A program made the translations under genes and the position numbers. Below, in pieces: positions 9,542 to 17,943 of a DNA stretch of 64,000 bases. Position 1 is the first letter of the stretch. Each line of letters starts with the position of its first letter. This DNA is from a plasmid: the sequence record NZ_CP072340.1, one strand, 5' to 3'. Under the pieces are notes generated by a model. The model saw only the letters and a program-made list of their open reading frames with translations, did no database searches and had not been told where the DNA came from.

Positions 9542-10373
9542 GAAGATTGGCAACCCCCTGTTGGTTGAACTGCTAAGAAAAGTCAGTCATTGTTTTGCTG
9601 AGATTGGGCAGGATTTCTTTGTTATCGGGGCTACTGCGCGAGATATTTTAATTCGGCAGTTAGTAGGTATAAGTTCAGGGAGAAAGACGAGGGATTTAGA
9701 CCTCGCCATAGCCATTCCCGATTGGAATGCATTCGAAGAGATTAAGCGGGCATTATTAGCACGAGGGTTTCAAAAAGACGGACAGATGTATCAACGGTTC
9801 TATGATGGCGACTACGAAATTGACATAGTACCATACGGAGATATAGAAAGAGAAGATGGATACATATACTGGCCTCCTGAGGAGGATATAGCTATGTCCG
9901 TTAAGGGGTTTGCTGATGTGCTGAGTGATGCTATTACCGTAACGATTGACAATGAATTCGACATCAAGATAGCATCGTTGCATGGATTATTTGTATTGAA
10001 GTTCAATGCTTGGTTAGACAGGAATATCCAAACGAATAAAGATGCCGTAGATATGGCATTCATTCTGGAAAACTATTTCATTGCTAACTTGAATAGGAAC
10101 TTGCATGCAGAAGTGTATGATTGGGAAGACTTTGATGAGATTGTTGTCGGAGCTTATTGGCTTGCTTATGACATTGTCGGATTTCTATCAAAAGAGCATC
10201 TTTGCCACTATGAGCAATGTCTGCGGAATGAGATAGAGAAAAGAGAAAATAGCAGGCTGATACAACAGGTTATAGATAGTAGCAGTGTTTTTTCTTATGA
10301 GAAACTGCTCCTCGCATTTCAAAAAATGATTGCCGTATTTGATAAAGTTTTGCATGGTGAAGATCCAGATTGA
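9519..10373 (+). CDS. Pol-beta-superfamily nucleotidyltransferase, AbiEii/MenT (DUF1814)-like candidate toxin
   Basis: IGATARD...RKTRDLDLAIAIP matches the G[GSA]...DxD nucleotidyltransferase core. A third acidic motif lies downstream (EIDIVPYGD). A C-terminal R..KD..DM block resembles AbiEii motif IV. The length of 284 aa fits AbiEii-family proteins. Confidence 0.6.
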   Translation: MNFQISSKKIGNPLLVELLRKVSHCFAEIGQDFFVIGATARDILIRQLVGISSGRKTRDLDLAIAIPDWNAFEEIKRALLARGFQKDGQMYQRFYDGDYEIDIVPYGDIEREDGYIYWPPEEDIAMSVKGFADVLSDAITVTIDNEFDIKIASLHGLFVLKFNAWLDRNIQTNKDAVDMAFILENYFIANLNRNLHAEVYDWEDFDEIVVGAYWLAYDIVGFLSKEHLCHYEQCLRNEIEKRENSRLIQQVIDSSSVFSYEKLLLAFQKMIAVFDKVLHGEDPD

Positions 10374-10989
10374 AAGCTTAAGTATTCCGGCTGGTAAAGA
10401 AAATGGAGATTACATTCTCCAACGAGAATTGCCTAATGGAGCAACACTCATTCTACTTGCAGATGGGATGGGTGGTTTGTCATTGCCGGAAAGTGCTTCA
10501 AAAATTGTTTGCGAAGCTATCTCAGAATATTTCGTAAAAACCGATATAATTGATTGTACGGAACATATCCTCAGGAGCATCAAATATGCTGATGAGCGTC
10601 TGGCTGCTTTTTGCAAGGAGAAGAAATCCAAGATGGGTGCGGCTTTACTTCTTGTATATATCAGTGATGCTATGCTCTTCTACACATCTTTGGGAGATGT
10701 GCGCCTATACTATCGAGACAAACAAGGAGAAGTAATTCAACTAACAAACGATGATACCATTATGCAAGGAGCAGACACTTATCTGACAGCTTGCATTGCG
10801 GGAAGAGGTTTTAGAAACCCCATTCAGGTTCAACGTTTGCCATTGAATATGGGTGATTCTCTGCTGCTTTGTAGTGATGGCTATTACAAAGTTCATGATA
10901 TTCCCCATTGTTTTCACCATAAAGAGCAGACACCTCCAACATTGGTAGATGACGACAGCTCTGTTGTCAGAATAGAAATTATACAATGA
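10330..10989 (+). CDS. PP2C-family Ser/Thr protein phosphatase (PPM)
   Basis: Metal-binding motifs LADGMGG, LGDVRLY (GDSR-like) and LCSDG are present; the size of about 215 aa fits. The start overlaps the nucleotidyltransferase gene by 44 nt; an alternative ATG at 10354 would still overlap. Confidence 0.85.
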   Translation: MPYLIKFCMVKIQIESLSIPAGKENGDYILQRELPNGATLILLADGMGGLSLPESASKIVCEAISEYFVKTDIIDCTEHILRSIKYADERLAAFCKEKKSKMGAALLLVYISDAMLFYTSLGDVRLYYRDKQGEVIQLTNDDTIMQGADTYLTACIAGRGFRNPIQVQRLPLNMGDSLLLCSDGYYKVHDIPHCFHHKEQTPPTLVDDDSSVVRIEIIQ

Positions 10990-11075
10990 ATCTGTCAAAT
11001 TCTCTGATACGGTTTCTCAAAAGCGTCAAACACTTTATTTCAAGTACTTGGCGCTTTTCGATACAATAAGACATT

Positions 11076-12668
11076 CTACATCTTCCACTTTGGTTTTGAG
11101 ATAATAACTTTGCTCGTAATGTCATTGTTGTCGGATACATTCTGCTGACTATTGTTCTTGGGAGATGTGGGCAAAGGTATGTTGTCTGTGTTTTTTGAGA
11201 ATGAATTCTTATAAGAACGGGGTTCTGATATATCATCTACTGATTTACTTTGCTGTATGGCACCATGCTGTGCCTCTTGCCCTATATCCTCTTTTTCCTC
11301 CTCCGGTGGAGCAAGGGTAAGTGCAATTCGCCTATCCAGTTCGGCTGCCTCGCCTTTGAGCGTGCGAAGCTCTTCTTCCTTTTTCCAAGAGCTGCCCGCA
11401 ATGTTGGTGTAAACGTCTTTATTGGCTGCGACCTTTTCCATCTCCTTTTCGTGCGACTCTATTACCTTCGGGATACGCTCCAAGGCATTGATAAAGTTCT
11501 GGCAAGCAAGTTTCGGATCGGATGCCAGCTTACCGTTATTATAGGTATAGTAGATACTCTCCTGCCCCTTCACAAAGAAACGATTTACAGAGCAATCAAA
11601 CAAGTCCTTGGAAGTGCTCTCCGTCTTAACCATAATAGAAAAGCCATAAATCTCACCGATTTTGTTGTATTCCCCCTTGGTGCGTGCTTTCTCGTCTATT
11701 TCCTGCAGACGTGCAGCAATGGCCTTGATATCGGTGCTGTCTTCCACACCTTTGATAGTCAGCTTATTGATAGGCACACCTTCCTCATCACGCTCCACAC
11801 GCTTCTCAAAGAGAGCCAAGTCAGACTGTGCCTCCTTGACTTTGTCTGTATGGAAAGACACGGAACTCTCAATCTCTGCCAGCTTGCCCGTTGCGGCATC
11901 ACGCTCACGGAGAAAGTTCTTGCGCTCTGATTCCAAGGTGGTAATCTTCTTATCCAATCTTGCTTTTTCCAAAAGGTCGGTATTGCCTGAAAGTACTGCT
12001 ACATATTCTGAAAAGTTCATACCGCTGTCCTCGTCCATCGATCCCTCGTCAATGGTACGGCTCCCTAAAGTGTTCGTCTTTAACTGGTTGATGAAAAGCT
12101 GCTTGTTGTGCAGCAGGTTGAACTTGTAACTGTCCAACGAGCGTTCCACGGCATAAATAATCACATCGACCTTGTTGTCGGCAAACTCCTTGGCAACAAG
12201 ATTACCTTTACGGATGGCACGCCCGTTACGCTGCTCTAAGTCCGATGGTCGCCACGGCGTGTCAAGTTGATGGACCGCTACTGCCCGCTGCTGGGCATTC
12301 ACACCTGTGCCCAACATGGACGTAGAACCGAAGATAATGCGAATATCACCACGGTTCATCGCATCTACCATTGCCTTCTTTGCTTTCTCGTTCTTGCACT
12401 CCTGAATGAAGCGTATCTCATAAGATGGAATATGATAGTCTTCTACCAACTTTCTCTTGATTTCCGAATAGATATTGAAGTCTCCACCAGGCTTGTAAGT
12501 ACCCAAGTCTGAGAAAACAAACTGCGTTCCTTTCTGTGCATCGTACTTTTGGTAATAGTCATTGAGCATTTTGGCACAGTGACTTGCCTTGTTGTCGATA
12601 TGATCTGAGTAAGCATTTTCATCAATCATGCGTAAATCAAGGCTCATCTTCCTCGCATAATCAGTCAT
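11076..12668 (-). pseudogene. 3' fragment of the large N6-methyltransferase/SNF2-helicase gene (helicase C-terminal domain), cut off from its 5' part by element A
   Basis: Helicase motif VI QRNGRAIRKGN and motif V-like GSTSMLGTGVNA are present. The first residues MTDYARK duplicate the last target-derived residues ...ATDYARK of ORF 24075..28808. Confidence 0.8.
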
Positions 12669-12916
12669 TAAGAATTAAGGGAAATAGGGGGAAACGCAAG
12701 GAATGTAACTATTTGAAATAATATCATTTAGCATTTTCTTACTATTTTGAGGGTAAGCAAGAACGAGCATCAAACGGCAGGAGTTCCGTTACCAAATCGT
12801 AACCCATCAGGGAAAAAGCAAAAAGGGGTTACGAATTGAATGTAAACAACTGTGTCATAGGTTTTTATTCTTCATCTTTCATTATTCTGCATCGCTCAGG
12901 AATACTTGTTCGTATG

Positions 12917-12934
12917 TACCTTTGCAAGCAAAGG
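12917..12934 (+). promoter_or_regulatory. TAccTTTG -7 box overlapping the 16-bp palindrome cctttgcaagcaaagg, about 25 nt upstream of intA1
   Basis: Read directly from the sequence. The same arrangement is conserved in element B at 30305-30322 (cctttgcatgcaaagg). Confidence 0.45.
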
Positions 12935-12958
12935 AAATTTAGAAAAAACGACAGAAAA

Positions 12959-14179
12959 ATGAAAGAAAACAAACTCAAAGTATCGTTCTTCGTTCAGGCG
13001 AAACGAACCGACAAGAAAGGACTTGTGCCTGTCATTGGGCGAATCTCCGTTGGCAGAACCCATTCGGGCTTCTCCACCAAGTGTAAGACTCCGCTCGCTC
13101 TTTGGGACAGCCGTAAGCAACGGCTCATCGGTAAGAGCAGCATGGCTGTGTCCGTCAATCAGAAACTCGGCGAATGCACCGCACTTATCCACGCACGCTT
13201 TCACGAACTCAGTGAAAGGAAAGAAACTTTCACAGCCACAGACGTGAGGGATGCCTATCAAGGACAAATCCACCGCCAAACCCTGCTCTTGGAGAGTTTC
13301 GGGGAGTATCTCACACAGACAAAGGAGCGCATAGGCATTGATAGAGCTTTAAAGACATTCAAACTCCGTACCTACCAGCTATCCCTGCTTCGTGAGTATG
13401 TGCAGAAGAAGCACAAAGTAAGCGACATTCCACTCTCACAGCTGGACAAAGCATTTATCGAGGGCTTCGAGTATTATCTCACCATTGACCGAAAGCTGAA
13501 ACGCAGCAGCGTATCGAGTGCCTTATCCACCTTGCAGACCATCGTCCGCATGGCGGTAAAGAAAGGTGTGCTGGACTTCTATCCTTTTTTGGGATACAGT
13601 TACGAGCGACCAAAGGGTGAACCAAGAAGCATTACGCAGGAAGAACTTGAGCGCATCATCGAGTTGAAGATTGAATGGGAGAACTATCGTATTGTCCGTG
13701 ATTTGTTCGTCTTCTCCTGCTTTTCAGGGCTTGCCATCTCCGATGTCCGCAATCTGAGAGAGGAAAACATTGTCTTGGAAGAAGGCGAACTCTGCATCAA
13801 GGGCAGCCGAATGAAGACCAAAACTCCGTATCGTGTACAGGTACTTCCTCCTGCTTGGGCGATAATGGAGCGTTACAGAGGAAAGCGTGCAGGCTTTGTC
13901 TTTGACGTACCGACTACCGACATTATCCTCAATGGCATGCACCACATACAGAGAAACATCGGCATGGAAAGTCCGCTGACCTTCCACATGGCTCGGCACA
14001 CCTTTGCGTCGCTAATCACACTCTCGGCAGGTGTACCTATCGAAACGGTGAGCCGTATGCTCGGACACACCAACCTGAGAACAACACAGGTATATGCAGC
14101 GGTTTCCTCCGAAAGAATCCATCGGGACATGCAGATAGTGCAGCAGCGCATACAAGATACATTCACCTTAAAACTTTGA
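12959..14179 (+). CDS. Tyrosine recombinase / integrase (element A, first of tandem pair)
   Basis: ...HMARHTFASLITLSAGVPIETVSRMLGHTNLRTTQVYAAV catalytic motif. The start was set at the conserved ATG (MKENKLKVSFF...) shared with element B, not the upstream in-frame extension 12836. Confidence 0.9.
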   Translation: MKENKLKVSFFVQAKRTDKKGLVPVIGRISVGRTHSGFSTKCKTPLALWDSRKQRLIGKSSMAVSVNQKLGECTALIHARFHELSERKETFTATDVRDAYQGQIHRQTLLLESFGEYLTQTKERIGIDRALKTFKLRTYQLSLLREYVQKKHKVSDIPLSQLDKAFIEGFEYYLTIDRKLKRSSVSSALSTLQTIVRMAVKKGVLDFYPFLGYSYERPKGEPRSITQEELERIIELKIEWENYRIVRDLFVFSCFSGLAISDVRNLREENIVLEEGELCIKGSRMKTKTPYRVQVLPPAWAIMERYRGKRAGFVFDVPTTDIILNGMHHIQRNIGMESPLTFHMARHTFASLITLSAGVPIETVSRMLGHTNLRTTQVYAAVSSERIHRDMQIVQQRIQDTFTLKL

Positions 14180-14183
14180 CCTC

Positions 14184-15452
14184 ATGACACGTAGTACATT
14201 CAAGACACTCTTTTATATCAATCGCTCCAAAGAGAAAAAGAACGGCAAATGCCCGATTATGGGACGCATCACCATAGACGGTGAGCAGGTGCAATACAGC
14301 ACGGGCAAGGAAATCGCTCCCGAACTTTGGGACAGTCGTAAGGGACGATGCAAGGGTATAGGCGAAGAGACAAAGGAAATCAACCGCTATTTACAAAGCA
14401 AAGAGGAACAAGCCAAAGCGAAGTATCAAGAATTAGTCTGGCAACGTGGCTATATTACCGCTGAGTTGCTGAAGCGTGAACTCATGGAAGAAGACAAGCC
14501 CAAAGGTTTTCTTATGGAGGAAGCACGACTTTTCATAGAGGAAAAGCGTCCTTGCGTAGGAATAACGGTAGCCAAGCCGACCTTTGCCAACTACATCTAT
14601 GCCACACAACTCATTGAGGCTTATTTGCGTGAACGCTTGGGGCTGGAGGATATTCGCTACTCATCGCTTGACTATGGTTTCATCGAGGGGCTGGACTTCT
14701 ATCTTAAATCAGAGCGCAAACTCTCCCTTGCCACCATTCAGATTGTTGTCATTTTCCTGAGGAAACTCATCGGCATAGGTCAGCAGAAGAAGTATATCCG
14801 CATCGATCCGTTTGCAGACTACAAAGCAGAACTTCCACACCGCACAAGACGTTATCTCACTACGGAGGAACTACAACGAGTATTGCAAACACCCATCATT
14901 GACAGACAATTCGAGCGAGCAAGGCAACTATTCCTTTTCTGTGCCTTCACCGGTTTGGCTCGTGTAGATATGCAACGGCTCAAACCGAAGCATATCATCT
15001 ATAATGCTGACGGCACGGCGGAAATCCGCATCAAAAGGCAGAAAACAGACGTGGAAGCCATCATTCCACTCCTGCCCATTGCCACGCAAATCCTTTCGCT
15101 CTATATCAAGGACAAGAAAGCAGACGACTTGATATTCCCCAATCTCACAATAAGGAAAGCATCCTTTGCGTGTGTGAACATCGGGCAGATATGCCGGATA
15201 GAGAAAGGCTTGACCTTTCACATGGCTCGCCACACATTCTCAACCACGATTTGCCTTTCCAACGGCATCTCAATGGAAACGCTCAGCAAGATGCTCGGAC
15301 ACAGCAATATAGGTACGACACAAATCTACGGAAAGATAACCGACCACAAGATACAAGAGGATATGACCGCACTCACTGACAGGGAGCATTCTGTATTTGA
15401 GGGTTATTGTGAGTCGATAGCACGGCAGAACGTTCCATTGCAACAAGCATAA
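14184..15452 (+). CDS. Tyrosine recombinase / integrase (element A, second of tandem pair)
   Basis: ...HMARHTFSTTICLSNGISMETLSKMLGHSNIGTTQIYGKI catalytic motif; N-terminus MTRSTFKTLFYINRSKEKKNGKCPIMGRITIDG. Confidence 0.9.
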   Translation: MTRSTFKTLFYINRSKEKKNGKCPIMGRITIDGEQVQYSTGKEIAPELWDSRKGRCKGIGEETKEINRYLQSKEEQAKAKYQELVWQRGYITAELLKRELMEEDKPKGFLMEEARLFIEEKRPCVGITVAKPTFANYIYATQLIEAYLRERLGLEDIRYSSLDYGFIEGLDFYLKSERKLSLATIQIVVIFLRKLIGIGQQKKYIRIDPFADYKAELPHRTRRYLTTEELQRVLQTPIIDRQFERARQLFLFCAFTGLARVDMQRLKPKHIIYNADGTAEIRIKRQKTDVEAIIPLLPIATQILSLYIKDKKADDLIFPNLTIRKASFACVNIGQICRIEKGLTFHMARHTFSTTICLSNGISMETLSKMLGHSNIGTTQIYGKITDHKIQEDMTALTDREHSVFEGYCESIARQNVPLQQA

Positions 15453-15504
15453 AAAGGAAGTAATTACCAAACATTTATTATTCACGATTGAAAACCAAAC
15501 GATT

Positions 15505-15972
15505 ATGAAAGAGAACAACAAACAGGAACTTTCTTACTTTCGATTGAAATTAAGAAGTTATATGAGTGAGCATCACCCCGAAAAATTGCACGACACGGAG
15601 TTTATCACCACACGAGCAGACATGGCTCTCACTGCCTACTGCGATGCTGTGGCACAAGGTTTTTCGCACCTCGAAGCAGAGAACATAGCAAGTGAGGTGT
15701 TGTATCAAGGTTTGCACTTTTCCAAGTACGACACGCTTGTTTCTGTCTTAGAGAACGAGTTTGAGAGGGAACTGCCTGCACCACTCCCTGAGAAGCTTGC
15801 ACCCATATTGTTGTCGAATGAGGCTGTTCAAGCCACATTCGACAAGTTCGGTTTGACGGACACATTTGCTTCTGACGAGCAATACGACCGTCTTTACACC
15901 GAACTCACAGGCACGATTGTGCTGCTCATCGAGAGCAATCATTTGCCAATAATCGGTCAGACGGAGGGGTAA
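15505..15972 (+). CDS. Conserved hypothetical protein following the integrases (DUF1896-like; assignment from memory)
   Basis: 155 aa, about 85% identical to 32855..33325 in element B; no recognisable catalytic motif. Confidence 0.4.
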   Translation: MKENNKQELSYFRLKLRSYMSEHHPEKLHDTEFITTRADMALTAYCDAVAQGFSHLEAENIASEVLYQGLHFSKYDTLVSVLENEFERELPAPLPEKLAPILLSNEAVQATFDKFGLTDTFASDEQYDRLYTELTGTIVLLIESNHLPIIGQTEG

Positions 15973-16072
15973 GTCCAAAGGCGTTGTAAGCAAAGGCACA
16001 CGCAAAGTCCCTGATGCCGTTTCTTATCGTGCAAAGGTACAACGGCAGCTAATCTGCCCTGACAAGGTCAAG

Positions 16073-16120
16073 TCCTGCGGATGGAGAGAAGAATCTCCAC
16101 CGCAGGATTTTTCTTTTTCA
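16073..16120 (+). terminator. Rho-independent terminator (tcctgcggatggaga...tctccaccgcagga followed by tttttcttttt)
   Basis: Hairpin plus T-run read directly from the sequence. The homologous structure in element B is at 33427-33470. Confidence 0.7.
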
Positions 16121-16315
16121 AGGTGGTATTGCCATTTTCAATAGCCATGCGGTCGTATTCATCTCTCCCAACCTTGCAGAGCAGGGCTGCCGTAGAGAGT
16201 ATAGGCACGACAAGAATACGGCATACTCAGGCTCTTTGGACGCAAGGCGTAACAACCAACAACAGATAGGACTGACGATAATACGGACAATCTGTTGTTT
16301 GTACAATTTGTTGTC

Positions 16316-16424
16316 ATGACTATCTATTGTCAAAACTATATATCGTCAAAATAATCTATCGATAAAACTATCTATCGACACTTCGACATCTCGATTTGTC
16401 GAACTATCGAATTATCGATAAAAC
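16316..16424. repeat. Iteron-like array: about 6 tandem degenerate 16-bp units (ctatctattgtcaaaa / ctatatatcgtcaaaa / taatctatcgataaaa / ctatctatcgacactt ...)
   Basis: Read directly from the sequence. It sits between the terminator and the promoter of the Xis-like operon; a positionally equivalent 16-bp-phased TCGAAC-rich array is in element B at about 33675-33775. Confidence 0.5.
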
Positions 16425-16651
16425 AACAAAATAATAAAAGGAACGAGCCGGCACCTCATCTCATTACCGCAATAACACAGATGGATCTCCTTTGGTCTTT
16501 TCTCTTGTTTTCTCTCTATTTCCCTGCTTATCCTCATTTCTTGCAGCGGTGCTTCCGAGGGTTTACTTTTGCACTTGATAAGTACGGCAATGGACTGCAT
16601 AACAGTTTGTTTGCCGAGTAACAATAAAGTAATCAAAACAAAATTAAGGCA

Positions 16652-16921
16652 ATGAAACTCATTATCATCGACCGCAAAGCGTGGGAGCGACACCACTCCG
16701 AATTTGCAGACTTTATCCACAGTATCGAACAACTCATCGGCAATCCGCCCGAAACGGACGAATGGCTTGACAACGAAGCCGTGTGCAAGCGTTTGGGCAT
16801 CAGCAAACGTACCCTGCAATCATACAGAGATACGGGGAAAATCCCTTTCTCAATGATTGGACACAAGTGCTATTACAAGGAGAGCGACATCACGGAGTTA
16901 CTGAACGCAAACAATGAATGA
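16652..16921 (+). CDS. HTH_17 / excisionase-family small DNA-binding protein (Xis-like)
   Basis: DNEAVCKRLGISKRTLQSYRDTGKIPFSMIGHKCYYKESDI; the homolog in element B is at 34018..34296. Confidence 0.6.
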   Translation: MKLIIIDRKAWERHHSEFADFIHSIEQLIGNPPETDEWLDNEAVCKRLGISKRTLQSYRDTGKIPFSMIGHKCYYKESDITELLNANNE

Positions 16922-16924
16922 ACT

Positions 16925-17239
16925 ATGACAGAGAACGAAATCATTACACAGCAAGCCCCTCAGATGCAGATGTTTGCACAACTGATGGAGGGCATCTTAA
17001 AGAAACTGGAGCGTTATTGCGCTACCGCCCGTCCGATGCTGGGCGGAGAGGTTTACCTCACTGGCGAGGAGGTTTGCAGCCAATTACGGCTCAGCACACG
17101 CACGCTCCAAGAGTACAGAAACTTAGGAACACTTCCTTTCTACAAAATCGGAGGGAAGATACTTTACAAACAGAGCGACATACAAACAATGCTTGAAAGG
17201 CATTATAACGCAATACCCAAGAAATTATGGCAAGAATAG
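16925..17239 (+). CDS. HTH_17 / excisionase-family small DNA-binding protein (Xis-like, second copy)
   Basis: GEEVCSQLRLSTRTLQEYRNLGTLPFYKIGGKILYKQSDI; the homolog in element B is at 34300..34614. Confidence 0.6.
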   Translation: MTENEIITQQAPQMQMFAQLMEGILKKLERYCATARPMLGGEVYLTGEEVCSQLRLSTRTLQEYRNLGTLPFYKIGGKILYKQSDIQTMLERHYNAIPKKLWQE

Positions 17240-17733
17240 ATGAACAAAGGAAACAGCGTCTGGAACAAGCCCTTCGAGATATGGGCAATTATGGCGTTAA
17301 GCTCCGCAAGCCAGAAGAGTTGCCCGATTTTGATCAGCCCATAGATTATGAAGAGGAAAAGAAAAGATTTGAGCCTGTTAAAGTTGAGGAACAAAATGAC
17401 AAGGAGAGTCACAAGGACTATTCTCAACCGTCCAATCAAGAAACAGAGTTGTCACCAAAGGAAAGGGCTACTTCTACTGAAGAGAATCATCAACGAATGG
17501 GAAAAACAAGGGACAGGAAGCAATTATCCGAGTTTCAGGGGAAATATCTCCAGCCCTTTCGCAACAGCCACCGCAAAGCCGTGTATGTATCAGAGGAAAC
17601 TCAACGAAAGTTGGACTTCGTGGTGAGGAAAATCGGTGAGCAGGGAGCAAGCGTTTCAGGATATGTGGAGCAGGTGCTTCGAGAACATCTCGACCAATAC
17701 AAAGATGATGTGGAAAGATGGCGGAAACTCTGA
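17227..17733 (+). CDS. DUF3408-like protein (paralog of the CTn TraB/TraC-like proteins)
   Basis: It shares the N-terminal ..RSKLKEMGNYGV.. motif and a C-terminal ...Y(I/V)E(N/Q)(I/V)LREHL... block with 57681..58205 and 58199..58636. Confidence 0.5.
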   Translation: MARIDEQRKQRLEQALRDMGNYGVKLRKPEELPDFDQPIDYEEEKKRFEPVKVEEQNDKESHKDYSQPSNQETELSPKERATSTEENHQRMGKTRDRKQLSEFQGKYLQPFRNSHRKAVYVSEETQRKLDFVVRKIGEQGASVSGYVEQVLREHLDQYKDDVERWRKL

Positions 17734-17828
17734 AGTACTGCATTCCTCGAATGCAAGCCTACGCCGAGTTACTGTATTCAGTGAATGCAGTAACACGGCA
17801 TGGGCTTATAATCCCATTTTCTACATCA

Positions 17829-17925
17829 GCAAGGTGTGTCTTTGTCCGACAAACTACCGTTTGTCCCACAAAAACCCTTGCCCCGAAGGGGATTAAATCA
17901 CTCCAAAGTCGTGATTAGACAACAA
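17829..17925. other. Putative oriT of element A (inverted repeats gtctttgtccgacaaac / gtttgtcccacaaa, cccttgccccgaaggg hairpin, ..ctccaaagtcgtgattagac)
   Basis: About 85% identical to the region immediately upstream of the CTn mobA gene (56337-56432, opposite orientation) and to 34809-34905 in element B. It lies directly upstream of the mobA-like gene. Confidence 0.5.
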
Positions 17926-17943
17926 ACAAAACAAGTTAAGATT

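Larger units (their letters stand above)
1960..11060. mobile_element. Integrative element C: tandem tyrosine recombinases, XRE HTH, two HTH_17/Xis-like genes, primase-helicase and a 3-gene cargo cassette. Boundaries are approximate and not verified.
   Basis: Gene content and order parallel elements A and B (N-termini of int1 and int2 are homologous: MKxxKxKV..., M(T)RSTFKxLFYINR...). GTTACC/GGTAAC arm-type-like repeats lie upstream of int at 2165-2300. I could not identify unambiguous terminal repeats. Confidence 0.35.

Noticed and set aside
10990-11075. Weak inverted repeat aaaagcg...cgctttt between the convergent PP2C and helicase-fragment genes as a bidirectional terminator
   Set aside because: The stem is only 7 bp with an approx 30-nt loop, too weak to call. 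It may simply be the unresolved right end of element C.
11250-12129. Plus-strand ORFs 11250..11930 and 11662..12129
   Set aside because: They are antisense to the helicase C-terminal fragment, whose motif VI is recognisable.
12600-12700. tRNA gene at element junctions (tRNA 3' ends are the classic Bacteroides NBU-type target)
   Set aside because: Both junction pairs fall inside protein-coding sequence (the methylase/helicase and topoisomerase III). No cloverleaf-like sequence was found at either.
12836-12958. N-terminal extensions of the first integrases (ORF-track starts at 12836 and 30212)
   Set aside because: The extensions are not conserved between elements A and B, and they read through the -7 box and the palindrome. 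Both elements share an in-frame ATG giving MKENKLKVSFF..., which I used instead.
16316-16424. Possible CRISPR array (regularly spaced short repeats)
   Set aside because: Units are contiguous, degenerate 16-mers with no unique spacers, and there are no cas genes. This is an iteron/binding-site array, not CRISPR. No CRISPR array was seen anywhere in the window.
16412-16819. 135-aa minus-strand ORF (and its element B counterpart 33922..34239), conserved between elements
   Set aside because: Both are antisense to the conserved HTH_17 genes 16652..16921 / 34018..34296. Conservation is a by-product of sense-strand conservation, and the N-terminal parts run through non-coding DNA.
17836-17943. 36-codon N-terminal extension of the element A mobA-like ORF
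   Set aside because: It overlaps the conserved oriT-like block. The element B and CTn homologs start at MPKLEIANNN / MNMNKGTEY with no extension.
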